Below, in pieces: positions 48,154 through 57,207 of a stretch of DNA of 64,000 bases; position 1 is the first letter of the stretch; every line of letters begins with the position of its first letter. The notes beneath the pieces are model-generated. The model saw only the letters and a list, made by a program, of their open reading frames with translations, made no database searches and was not told the origin of the DNA. The stretch comes from an uncultured Acidimicrobiaceae bacterium (lineage in GTDB: Bacteria > Actinomycetota > Acidimicrobiia > Acidimicrobiales > RAAP-2), in assembly GCA_963819695.1 (NCBI GenBank), contig CAWFXD010000002.1:503142-567141 (forward strand). The letters are read 5' to 3'. Made by a program: the position numbers and the translations under genes.

Positions 48154-48594
48154 CTACCCGGCGTTGCCGCTCCGCAGCGGCTTGGCCTTCCAGAAATAGT
48201 CATGGATCCCGTCGGCGGTGAACAGTTTCCGGAAGGTCATCGTCACCCGGTCGCCGATCTCCACCCGGTCAGGATCGACATCGGTCAACTCGACGGGGAA
48301 GCGGCCGCCGCCGTCGAAATCGAGCACCGCGAACACGGTCGGAGGGCTGGGGGAGTAGGCCATCCGGTCCACCGTGTAGGTGGCGATGGTGGCGATGGCG
48401 TCGGCCCGGCCGATCGGCTCCATGTCGTCGACCGCCCCGCCCTTCATGGAGATCCGTGACGGCGGCAGGTGCACCGACTCCGAGGATCGGTCCTTGGAGC
48501 CCACGAACCCGAACTTCCAGTCCTCATTGCGCCAGGCGGCGGAGGACGAGACCCGCTGGGGCTCCGGCCGTCGGGGCGGCTCGGGGGTCACCAT
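48154..48594 (-). CDS. DUF35 OB-fold (acyl-CoA-associated) domain; probably the C-terminal part of the upstream HMGS-like protein
   Basis: IATYTVDRMAYSPSPPTVFAVLDFDGGGRFPVELTD...IGDRVTMTFRKL is the DUF35 OB-fold. Its frame stays open upstream to 48675 and there encodes LPYGKFLTWRG, which continues the HMGS-like sequence. Confidence 0.8.
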   Translation of the reverse strand: MVTPEPPRRPEPQRVSSSAAWRNEDWKFGFVGSKDRSSESVHLPPSRISMKGGAVDDMEPIGRADAIATIATYTVDRMAYSPSPPTVFAVLDFDGGGRFPVELTDVDPDRVEIGDRVTMTFRKLFTADGIHDYFWKAKPLRSGNAG

Positions 48595-49625
48595 GCCCCG
48601 CCAGGTGAGGAACTTCCCGTAGGGCAGATCAGCCCCGCGGCGATCTGGTCGGCAATCGGCCCGGCGGACGACCACTGGGCCAGCGCCGGCGTGGTGCGGA
48701 ACACCAGCACGTCGGCTCCGTCGGCCAGCGCCACCAACGCCACCAACTGGCCCGGTTCGGACTGCTCGAGGATGGAGGCCAGCAGGAGACCGGCATGGGC
48801 CGAACCGGCTTGCCCCACCGTGGTCGACAGGTCGTCGACCAGGCGGTCGGCATCGACGTTCAGGTTCCGGGCCAGGGCCTTGGTGGCCCGGCCGTGCATG
48901 CCGGTCACCAGCACCTTGTCGATCTCCTCAGCCGTCACCCCCGAGGCCTTGAGGGCGGCCGCCCACGCCTGCTCGCCCAGCGGCACGTAGCGGGTCTCCC
49001 CGAACCGCTCCTCCCAGGTCTTCGACCGCCGGTCGCCGACGGTGCGCCACCGGTCGAGGAACTCGTCGGTGACCGACGCCCCGCCCAGGTACTCGGCGAT
49101 CACCGGATGCCCGGGCCCGTCATCACCGACGACCAGCGCGGCACCGCCGTCGCCCCCCGCCGACTCGTCGGCCGAGGTGGGCAGGCCGTCACGGATATCG
49201 GCCAGGACCACCAGGGTGGTGCCGGACCCGTCGGCCTTCAGCGCGCTGACCAGGGCGCCGACCCCGGAACGGAGGGCCCCGCCGAAGTCGAAGGCCGGGA
49301 CCTCGGGCGGGAGTCGAAGGGCGGCGTGGATGGCGGTGGCATTGGTCTTGTCGAGGTAGGCCGGGGTGGCGGTGGCGAACCACAGCCCGTCGGGGGCGAC
49401 CGTGGGGGCCGACCGGAGGGCGAGGCGGGACGCCTCCACCCCCATGGTGGTGGTGTCCTCGTCGTGGGAGGCGACCGCCCGGCTGCCCCTCCCGCCCCCG
49501 CTTCCGAAGACCTGGGTGACGGCCGACCGCTGGAGGCGGCGGTAGGGGACGTACCCGGCGGCGCTGACGATGCCTCTCATTCCTCTGACGATCCCTTCGT
49601 TTTTGGCGGTGTCCGGGTGGGTCAT
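48588..49625 (-). CDS. HMG-CoA-synthase/FabH-fold protein lacking the nucleophile Cys
   Basis: IVSAAGYVPYRRL...SHDEDTTTMGVEA...FDFGGALRSGVGAL...GDGGAALVVG. The start is uncertain (ATG 49625 or 49580; ORF track 49721). The 3' end is created by a frameshift at the C-run 48633-48636. Confidence 0.7.
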   Translation of the reverse strand: MTHPDTAKNEGIVRGMRGIVSAAGYVPYRRLQRSAVTQVFGSGGGRGSRAVASHDEDTTTMGVEASRLALRSAPTVAPDGLWFATATPAYLDKTNATAIHAALRLPPEVPAFDFGGALRSGVGALVSALKADGSGTTLVVLADIRDGLPTSADESAGGDGGAALVVGDDGPGHPVIAEYLGGASVTDEFLDRWRTVGDRRSKTWEERFGETRYVPLGEQAWAAALKASGVTAEEIDKVLVTGMHGRATKALARNLNVDADRLVDDLSTTVGQAGSAHAGLLLASILEQSEPGQLVALVALADGADVLVFRTTPALAQWSSAGPIADQIAAGLICPTGSSSPGGAW

Positions 49626-49737
49626 CTGGTGGCTCCGATTCGACCGCCAGCCGGTGACAACGGTGCTGGGCTGGGACAATCGAATCGATACCGACAGTGT
49701 TGGCTTGGGCTCGACCCTCATCCTATGATGCCCACAG

Positions 49738-49758
49738 TATCTGACGGTCAGTCAGATA
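49738..49758. promoter_or_regulatory. Perfect inverted repeat TATCTGAC-N5-GTCAGATA in a divergent promoter region (operator candidate)
   Basis: Read directly from the sequence. It has 8-nt perfect arms and lies between the HMGS-like operon (-) and the ACAD operon (+), 44 nt upstream of ATG 49802. Confidence 0.45.
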
Positions 49759-49801
49759 ACCACCGGTGGCGCAGCCGCGCCGCCGACCGAGGAGGGATCC
49801 C

Positions 49802-50983
49802 ATGGACTTCGAGTTCACCCCCGAGCAGAACCAGTTCGTCGCCGATGTGGAGGCGTTCCTCGACGCCAACGACGATCCCGAAGTCTTCGATGTCACCCGC
49901 GAGAACATGGCCCAGATCGTGGACACCCCCCGGCGCCGGAAGTTCATGGCCAAGCTCGGGGAGCAGGGCTGGCTGGGGATCACCTGGCCGAAGGAGGTGG
50001 GCGGCTCCGAGGGAGAGGGCGTCTACGAGTACCTGTTGAACGAGGCGCTGGCCGCCCGGGGCGGCCCGCAGATCGGCAAAGGCGTGGGCATCATCGGCAA
50101 GACGATCATCAGCCACGGCAGTGAGCGGATGAAGCAGGAGTTCCTGCCCAAGATCCTCTGCAACGAGGTCGAGTTCGCGGTCGGCTACTCCGAGCCGAAT
50201 GCCGGGTCGGATGCCGCCTCCATGCAGCTGAAGGCCACCCGGGACGGGGACGGTTGGCGGCTGAACGGCCAGAAGACGTGGACCACCTCGGCCCACTTCG
50301 CCGACTGGTACTGGGTGGGTGCCCGCACCGACCCCGATGCCCCCAAGCACCATGGCATCACCCTCTTCCTGGTGCCGATGGACCATCCCAACATCACCGT
50401 GAAAGAGATCTGGACGATGGGCGACGAACGGACCAACGAGGTCTATCTCGACGACGTGTTCGTCCATGACGACTACGTGGTCGGCGAACTGAACCATGGA
50501 TTCCAGTACATCTCCGAAGCGCTCGACCTCGAGCGGTTCACCCTCTTCACCTACTCACCGATCGCCCAACGGCTCGATCTCCTCACCGAGTACGTGGCCA
50601 CCGCCACCCGGGACGGCGAACCGCTGAAGGACGACGCGGTGGTGCGCGAGAAGATCGCCCAGCTCCACACCGAGGCGGAAGTCGCCCGGGTGCTCGGGCT
50701 CAAATTCGTGTTCAAGGCGGGAGAAGGTGGGGCGCCGCCGACCTCGGAAGCCTCGGAGTACAAGCTGTTCGCCACCGAGTACTCCCGGAGGTTGGCGGAC
50801 GCCTCGATGGACCTCGCCGGCCCGGGTGGGCAGCTCCGGGTCCGGTCCGAGGATGCTCCGATGAAGGGCCGGCCCGAGTCGACCTACCGCTACACGGTGA
50901 TCGACACCATCGGCGGCGGCGCTTCGGAGATCCAGAAGAACATCATTGCCCGGCGCAAACTCGGCCTGCCGAAGAACTTCTGA
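49802..50983 (+). CDS. Acyl-CoA dehydrogenase
   Basis: MDFEFTPEQNQFVADVEAFL, AVGYSEPNAGSDAAS, GQKTWTTSA and the C-terminal GGGASEIQKNIIA. Confidence 0.9.
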   Translation: MDFEFTPEQNQFVADVEAFLDANDDPEVFDVTRENMAQIVDTPRRRKFMAKLGEQGWLGITWPKEVGGSEGEGVYEYLLNEALAARGGPQIGKGVGIIGKTIISHGSERMKQEFLPKILCNEVEFAVGYSEPNAGSDAASMQLKATRDGDGWRLNGQKTWTTSAHFADWYWVGARTDPDAPKHHGITLFLVPMDHPNITVKEIWTMGDERTNEVYLDDVFVHDDYVVGELNHGFQYISEALDLERFTLFTYSPIAQRLDLLTEYVATATRDGEPLKDDAVVREKIAQLHTEAEVARVLGLKFVFKAGEGGAPPTSEASEYKLFATEYSRRLADASMDLAGPGGQLRVRSEDAPMKGRPESTYRYTVIDTIGGGASEIQKNIIARRKLGLPKNF

Positions 50984-50999
50984 TCGGCGCCCGGTTCCC

Positions 51000-52238
51000 G
51001 TGACCCAGCCAGCTTCACCGAGCGCGCCGTCATCGGCCCTGTCCGCCGGTTCCCAGCCGGGGCTGTTGGCGGGGGTGGTGGTGCTCGACCTGTCGACGGT
51101 GGGTCCCGCGTCCCGCTGCACCCGACTGTTGGCCGACTACGGCGCCACCGTGGTGAAGGTGGGGGCGGTACCCGGCCGGGGGCCCCAGCCGATCACCCCG
51201 CCGTTCTTCGCCTACAGCGCCTCGAGATGGCTGCAACGGATCGCCATCGACCTGAAGGATCCTGACGGCCGCGACGCCTTCCTGAGCCTGGTCGAGAAGG
51301 CGGATGTGGTGGTGGAGAGCTTCCGGCCCGGGGTCATCGATCGGCTGGGCCTCGGCTATGCCGCCCTGACCGCCGTCAACCCCGGGATCGTCCTGTGCTC
51401 GACGACCGGCTTCGGGCAGTCGGGGCCGAGGGCGGAGTGGGCCGGGCACGACATCAACTACCTGGCGGTCGGTGGCTTTCTGGCATCGTCCGAGCCCCGG
51501 GCCGACGGTGGACCCGGGATCGCCGGAGCCACCCTGGCCGATGCCGCCGGCGGCGGCATGCAGGCGGCCATGTCGATCATGGCCGCGCTCATCGGCCGGG
51601 ACCGGACCGGGGTCGGGGCCCACCTGGATGTCTCCATCGCCGAGGGCGTGCTGTGGCTCACCTCGCTGGCGGTGGACGAGTACCTGGCCACCGGGGCCGA
51701 GGTGGGCTTCGGTCACGACATCATCAGCGGGCGCTACGCCTGCTACGACTCGTACCGGGCGGCCGACGGGAAATGGCTGGCGGTCGGGGCCATCGAACCG
51801 AAGTTCTACGCCAATCTCTGCCGGCACCTCGGCTGTGAGCAGTGGGTCGGCCACCAACTCGACGACGGCGTCCAGGAGAAGATCCGGGCCGACTTCCGGA
51901 CGGCGTTCGCCTCCCGGAACCGGGCCGAGTGGGTGGAGGAGTTGGCCGGGTCCGACACCTGTGTCTCGCCGGTGCAGACCGTGGCCGAGCTGGTGGGCGA
52001 CGATCAGTTCCTCGCCCGCCGCGCCCTGGTCGACGTGGTCACCGACGGCGCTGACGCCGCTACCCGGGGGCCGGCGGGGTTCCGCCAGGTGGGTCCGGTC
52101 CTGGCCGGGATGGTCCGCCCGGAGGGCGCGGTGGAGGTCCGCTCACCGGCGGTGTCCGACGCCGACCGCCTGTTGGAGGCGGCCGGTATCCCGCCCGGGC
52201 GGGTGGCGGAATTGAAAGAAAGGGGAGTGCTGGCATGA
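51000..52238 (+). CDS. Family III CoA-transferase (CaiB/BaiF; alpha-methylacyl-CoA-racemase-like)
   Basis: VVVLDLSTVGPASRCTRLLADYGATVVKV, ESFRPGVIDRLGLGY and GHDINYLA. A GTG start at 51000 avoids overlap with the preceding ACAD. Confidence 0.88.
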   Translation: MTQPASPSAPSSALSAGSQPGLLAGVVVLDLSTVGPASRCTRLLADYGATVVKVGAVPGRGPQPITPPFFAYSASRWLQRIAIDLKDPDGRDAFLSLVEKADVVVESFRPGVIDRLGLGYAALTAVNPGIVLCSTTGFGQSGPRAEWAGHDINYLAVGGFLASSEPRADGGPGIAGATLADAAGGGMQAAMSIMAALIGRDRTGVGAHLDVSIAEGVLWLTSLAVDEYLATGAEVGFGHDIISGRYACYDSYRAADGKWLAVGAIEPKFYANLCRHLGCEQWVGHQLDDGVQEKIRADFRTAFASRNRAEWVEELAGSDTCVSPVQTVAELVGDDQFLARRALVDVVTDGADAATRGPAGFRQVGPVLAGMVRPEGAVEVRSPAVSDADRLLEAAGIPPGRVAELKERGVLA

Positions 52239-53285
52239 GCGGTATCGGCGAAGCGGACATCGACGAGCTGATCGGGGTCGAGCAGTACATCGAGGTGGGG
52301 GAGTTCCCGGTGGAACGCGGCTACATCTGGACGACCTGCTCGTCGGTGGAGAACGGCAACCCGCTGTTCTGGGACGACGCGGTGGCCGAACAGGTGACCG
52401 GCGGCCCCATCGCCCCACCCTCGATGGCGTCGGTCTGGTTCCGGCCCCATCACTGGGCGCCGGGCCGCAGCCAGGTGGCTCTGCCGCTTCAGGTCCATTT
52501 CGACCTCAAGGAAGGGCTGGGCCTGCCCGAAGCGGTGATGAGCGACAACACCATGGTCTTCCACGAGCCGGTGCGGCCGGGGGACATCCTCCGGACCAGC
52601 CAGATCCTCCGCTCGGTGAGCGAGGAGAAGACCACCCGGCTCGGGACCGGGCGCTTCTGGGTGATCGACGTCGAGTACCAGAACCAGCGCGGCGAGCTGG
52701 TGGCGGTGGAGAGCTACACCGGCTTCGGCTACCGCCGGTCGGATGCGGCCCCCCGCCGGCGACCGGGTGGCGGCCGAGCCGTCGGGAGCCGGTCAGTGAG
52801 CCCCACCATCACGCCGTCACGCTTGCACGCCGACGTCCACCCCGGCGACCAACTTCCCGAGCTCGCCTATCCGGTCACCGCCACCACCGTGGTGCTCGGG
52901 TGCCCTGGCCTCCCGGGACTGGCGGCCGATGCACCACGACAAGGATTTCGCCGTCAACCGGAACGGCACCCAGGACATCTTCCTCAACACCCCCAACCAG
53001 GCGGCCTGGTTCGAGCGCTTCGTCACCGACTGGACCGGCCCCTACGGCCGCTTGCAGCGGATGACCTTCCGGATGCTCGGCTCGGTGTTCCCGGGCGACA
53101 CCATGGTCTTCCGGGGTGAAGTGACCGGTACCGGGGTCGACGAGGTGGGGTGCGGCTGGGTGGCCATCGACATCTCGCTGACCGTCGGCGGGGACGCCAA
53201 GACCACCTGCCAGGCCCGGGTCGCCGTCCCGCTCTCCCCCGAGGACAACCCGTGGACCCGCCAGGGGGACCAGTGGAAACCATGA
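52235..53285 (+). CDS. MaoC-like double hot-dog (R)-hydratase (either two subunits or a fusion), interrupted by a +1 frameshift at ~52898-52901
   Basis: First hot-dog in frame 2 (GNPLFWDD...RPGDILRTSQILRSV...RFWVIDVEYQNQRGELVA). Second hot-dog: frame 2 gives VHPGDQLPELAYPVTATTVVLG, then frame 0 gives ALASRDWRPMHHDKDFAV...FPGDTMVFRGEVTG. Removing one G from GGG 52898-52900 joins them. Confidence 0.75.
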
Positions 53286-53316
53286 GCCTCATCCCAACAG
53301 CAGAGGAGTACTGACC

Positions 53317-54447
53317 ATGTTGGACCTCAAGTTCAGCGCCGAGCAGGAGATGCTGCGCCAGACGGTGCGAGGGGTGTGCGCCACCACCAGCCCGCTGAGC
53401 GTCGTCCGCCAGCTCCAGGACGACCCGATCGGGTACTCGGCCGATCTCTGGAAGCAGCTGGCCCACCTCGATCTGATCGGGCTGCAGCTCCCCGAGGAGT
53501 ATGGCGGTTCGGGCATGACCGCCCTCGAGGGCGTGGTCGTCTACGAGGAGTTCGGCCGGTCGCTGGCCCCCTCGCCCCATTTCGTGAGCTCCGCGCTCAG
53601 CGGTGGCGCCCTCGCCCGTTCCGGGAGCCAGGCGATGAAGTCCGAGTGGCTTCCGCGGATGGTGAGCGGCGAGGCCATCCTGACCCCGGCCTGGCTGGAG
53701 CCGGAGAACGGGTTCGGGCCGAAGGGGGTCCAGCTCCGGGCCGAGCCCGACGGTGACGGGTTCCTGCTCTCCGGGGTGAAACGTCACGTCGGCTTCGCCC
53801 GGGCGGCGACCCGTCTGGTGGTGCTGGCCCGCACCGGCGACGGTCGGGAGGACATCGACCTGTTCCTGGTCGATCCCAACACCGACGGGGTCACCCTCAC
53901 CCAGCATCTGACCATCGCCTCCGACGCCCAGTACCGGGTCGATCTCGACCGGGTCCGGGTGACCGCCGACGATCGCATCGGCCCGGCGGGCTCGGGCTGG
54001 TCGACCTGGAACGCGGTCATGCACGAGGGGATCATCCTGGCCGCCGCCCAGGCGGTGGGCGGGGCCCAGTACGCGTTGGAGATCACCGTGCAGTACGCCA
54101 AGGACCGCCACCAGTTCGACAAGCCGCTCGGCGCCTTCCAGGCTCTGGCCCACTACCTGGCCGACAGCGTGACGGCCGTCGACGGCGCCGAAGTGCTGGT
54201 GCACGAGGCGGCCTGGGCCAGTGCCACCCGCGGGGACATCTCCAAGCTGGCCCCGATGGCCAAGCTCTTCGCCGGCAACACCTACCGCCAGGTGACCGCC
54301 ACCGCCCAGCAGATCTTCGGGGGGATCGGGTTCACCCTCGAGTTCGACATCCAGCTCTACTTCCGGCGGGCCAAGCAGCTCCAGATCTCGTGGTGGGACA
54401 CCCGCTACCTCGAGGACCTGGTGGCCGCGGCGGTGCTCGACGCCTGA
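53317..54447 (+). CDS. Acyl-CoA dehydrogenase
   Basis: MLDLKFSAEQEMLRQTV, AQYALEITVQYAKDRHQFDKPLGAFQA and QIFGGIGFTLEFD. Confidence 0.9.
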   Translation: MLDLKFSAEQEMLRQTVRGVCATTSPLSVVRQLQDDPIGYSADLWKQLAHLDLIGLQLPEEYGGSGMTALEGVVVYEEFGRSLAPSPHFVSSALSGGALARSGSQAMKSEWLPRMVSGEAILTPAWLEPENGFGPKGVQLRAEPDGDGFLLSGVKRHVGFARAATRLVVLARTGDGREDIDLFLVDPNTDGVTLTQHLTIASDAQYRVDLDRVRVTADDRIGPAGSGWSTWNAVMHEGIILAAAQAVGGAQYALEITVQYAKDRHQFDKPLGAFQALAHYLADSVTAVDGAEVLVHEAAWASATRGDISKLAPMAKLFAGNTYRQVTATAQQIFGGIGFTLEFDIQLYFRRAKQLQISWWDTRYLEDLVAAAVLDA

Positions 54448-54539
54448 GCGCCAATCCCGTACCTCCTCGGTAACCGGCGTGTGATCACGTGCCGTCGGCG
54501 CTACGGTGAATTGTGAGATAGCGGCGGCGAGACGAGCCG

Positions 54540-56389
54540 GTGAGGGAAGGCAGGGGGATGACAACCGAACAGGGTCCAGCCAAGGTCAGCCAGGAACTTC
54601 CCGGGTCCTCCGAGCACAGCGCCCTGTTCCGCTTTCTGTTCGTCCACGAAGTCGACCAGTATCCGAGGCCGGGAAGACGGACCGGCTACCTGGCCCTGGC
54701 TGTGCTGGCCACCATCGTCCTCTACTACACCTATTACACCCAGACCGGGGTGACCCCGAACATCCTCCGCTACTTCCACATGTCCTTCAGTTTCTATGTG
54801 GGCATCGTGATCGTGTCGAACCTCATCGGGGCGTTCGCCTCGCTCCCGGCCAGTCAGACCGATCGGCTGGGTCGGACCAACGTCGTCATCTACGGACTGC
54901 TGATCGTCGGGCTCCTGGTGGCGGTCGGGGTGCCGAATGTGAGGACCGAGTGGGGGTTCGCCATCGTCATCTCGGCCATCGGCCTGGTGGAGGGGGCGAT
55001 TCTGGTGGCCACCCCCGCGCTGGTGCGCGACTTCAGCCCCCAGTTGGGGCGGGCGTCGGCCATGGGATTCTGGACGGTCGGACCGGTGGCCGGGAGCCTG
55101 CTCACCAGCATCGTCGCCACCAACACCCTCACCCATTTCGGCGACTGGCAGAGCCAGTTCATCATCTCCGGGATCAGTTCCCTGGGCGTGTTCGTCGTCT
55201 GCCTCTTGTTGATGAAGGATCTGTCGCCCCGGTTGCGGGATCAACTGATGGTCTCCACACGCGACCAGTTGCTGGTCGAGGCCAAGACCCAGGGCGTGTC
55301 CGAAACGGAATTGTTGGCGGCGACCAAGCGACCGTGGTCGCAGATCTTGCGGTGGGACCTGGTCGGGTCGGCCGCCGGGATCTCGGTGTTCCTGCTGGTC
55401 TACTTCGCGGCGGCCGGGTTCTTCACCATCTACTACTCCACCACCTTCAAGAACCCCGACGGCTCCAACTTCTCGGTCACCCAGGCCAACCATCTCAATG
55501 AGTGGTTCTGGGCGGCGGACGCCGTCGCCCTCATCGTCTTCGGCCTCCTCTCCGACCGGCTGCGGGTGCGGAAACCCTTCATGCTGATCGGCGCGCTCGG
55601 GTCCATCGCCCTGCTCATCGTCTTCCTGCATGCAGGCCAACAACGCCAACACCGGCTTCTACACCCTGGTCCGTCATCGAGGTGTTCCTGGCCATGTTCC
55701 TGTCCATCACCTACGCCCCGTGGATGGCCGCCTACACCGAGACGGTGGAGGCCAAGAACCCGGCCCTGGTGGGCACCGGACTCGCCCTCTGGGGATGGAT
55801 CATCCGCCTGGTGGTGGGCATCTCCTTCATCTTCCTCCCCGTGGTGATCAACAGCGTCAACCCGGTGGTCGACAACCAGCCCCTCGCCATCACCACCATC
55901 CCCGGGACCAACACCAACGTCCAGCTCTTCCTCGTCCAGCACCCGAAGTCGGTGGCGTTCGCCCAGGCCCACGCCACCCTGCTGGGGATCCTCAACGAAC
56001 CCCAGAATGCGCCCATTGTCGCCGCCCTGGGTGCCAGCCCGACCGCCGCCAACATCACCCGGGCCGAGAATGCGCTCGGATCCAAGGTCTTCGGGCAACT
56101 GGTCCTCTACCAGACCCAGTTGAAGACGCTGGTGCTCCCGTACGCCACCGAGCTGAACTACCTGGCCGCCCACCAGGCCCAGCTCACCGCGCTGCAGAAT
56201 GGGGTGAACGCATCCCCCAAGCAGTGGCAGCACTGGTTCTGGGTATCGATCGGCGGCATGGTCCTCTTCATCCCGAGCATCTTCCTGATCAAGGGACGCT
56301 GGAGCCCGGGCCGGGCCAAGCGCGACAAGATCGAGCATGACCAGCGGGTGGCGGCCGAGCTGAAGCAGCTGGTCGGATCGGACGCCTGA
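54540..56389 (+). CDS. MFS transporter with C-terminal extension, interrupted by two closely spaced +1 frameshifts (~55629 and ~55672)
   Basis: About 10 TM helices in frame 0 up to ...GALGSIALLIVFL. Frame 1 then reads QANNANTGFYTLV. Frame 2 reads VIEVFLAMFLSITYAPWMAAYTE...LALWGWIIRLVVGISFIFLPVVI... through to the stop at 56389. Confidence 0.7.
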
Positions 56390-56451
56390 GCCGCGACTGC
56401 TTCCCGGCTCCGCCTCGGCCCGGCGGAGTTTCCCGTCATATGCCCAGCTAG

Positions 56452-57207
56452 GTGCCATCCCCGGGTTTGTCACACCCCCCATTTACCCTGGTAGTTGTGA
56501 ATAACACCAGTGTGATTCGTCCGGGGTTCGCGGTGATCGATGTGGAGACCACCGGGTTCTCGGCCACCAACGACCGGATCGTGGAGTTGGCGGTGGTGGT
56601 CATCGATCCGGCCGGGGTGGAGGTGGACGCCTTCTGCACCGTGCTGGATCCGGGATGCGATCCGGGCCCAACCCACGTCCACGGGATCACCGCCGCCATG
56701 GTCAAGGGAGCACCGACCTTCGGACACGTCCACCCGTTCGTGGCGGAGCTGCTCTCGGGCCGGGTCATCGTCGGACACAACGTGGGCGGGTTCGATCTGG
56801 GGTTCCTCCGGGCCGAGTGCCATCGGTACGGAGGAGACCGCCTGATGGTCGGGGAGGTGCCGATCCTCGACACCCTGACGGTGGCCCGCACCCGGATGGG
56901 TCTGTGCGGCAAGGCCAAGTTGGTGGACTGCTGCGACTATTTCGGGCTCACCTGGGACGACCACCACAGCGCCTTGGGAGACGCCCGGGTCACCGCCGCG
57001 CTGTTCACGGCCATGGCCGACAAGCTCGGGCGCGACGCGCTGGAGATCTCGGAATTGCTGGCCCGGGCCAGTGGGGTGGGGTGGCCGGGGGCGACGTCCG
57101 CCCGCCCTTCCGTCCGAGATCGTCGGTGCTCAGAGTTCTGGGGCGATGTCGGCTTCGGGGACGATGACCGCCGGTTGCGACCCGCGCTGACGGGCTGTCG
57201 CCAATAG
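56452..57207 (+). CDS. DEDDh 3'-5' exonuclease (DnaQ/epsilon-like)
   Basis: Exo I FAVIDVETTG, Exo II VGHNVGGFDLGFL and Exo III HSALGDARVTAALF. The start is uncertain (GTG 56452 or 56497). The 3' end overlaps the convergent DMT gene by 78 nt. Confidence 0.8.
   Translation: MPSPGLSHPPFTLVVVNNTSVIRPGFAVIDVETTGFSATNDRIVELAVVVIDPAGVEVDAFCTVLDPGCDPGPTHVHGITAAMVKGAPTFGHVHPFVAELLSGRVIVGHNVGGFDLGFLRAECHRYGGDRLMVGEVPILDTLTVARTRMGLCGKAKLVDCCDYFGLTWDDHHSALGDARVTAALFTAMADKLGRDALEISELLARASGVGWPGATSARPSVRDRRCSEFWGDVGFGDDDRRLRPALTGCRQ

Noticed and set aside
53023-54564. 513-aa minus-strand ORF and similar entries (61124-62917 +, 58... -, 42485-43636 -)
   Set aside because: They lie opposite confidently identified ACAD, amidohydrolase, P450 and peptidase genes. 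They are shadow ORFs.
57130-57207. 78-nt convergent overlap of the exonuclease and DMT genes as a regulatory antisense arrangement
   Set aside because: The exonuclease domain ends well before the overlap, and its tail (…RDRRCSEFWGDVGFGDDDRRLRPALTGCRQ) does not look like protein. Given the indel problem, an undetected frameshift or earlier stop is the simpler explanation.
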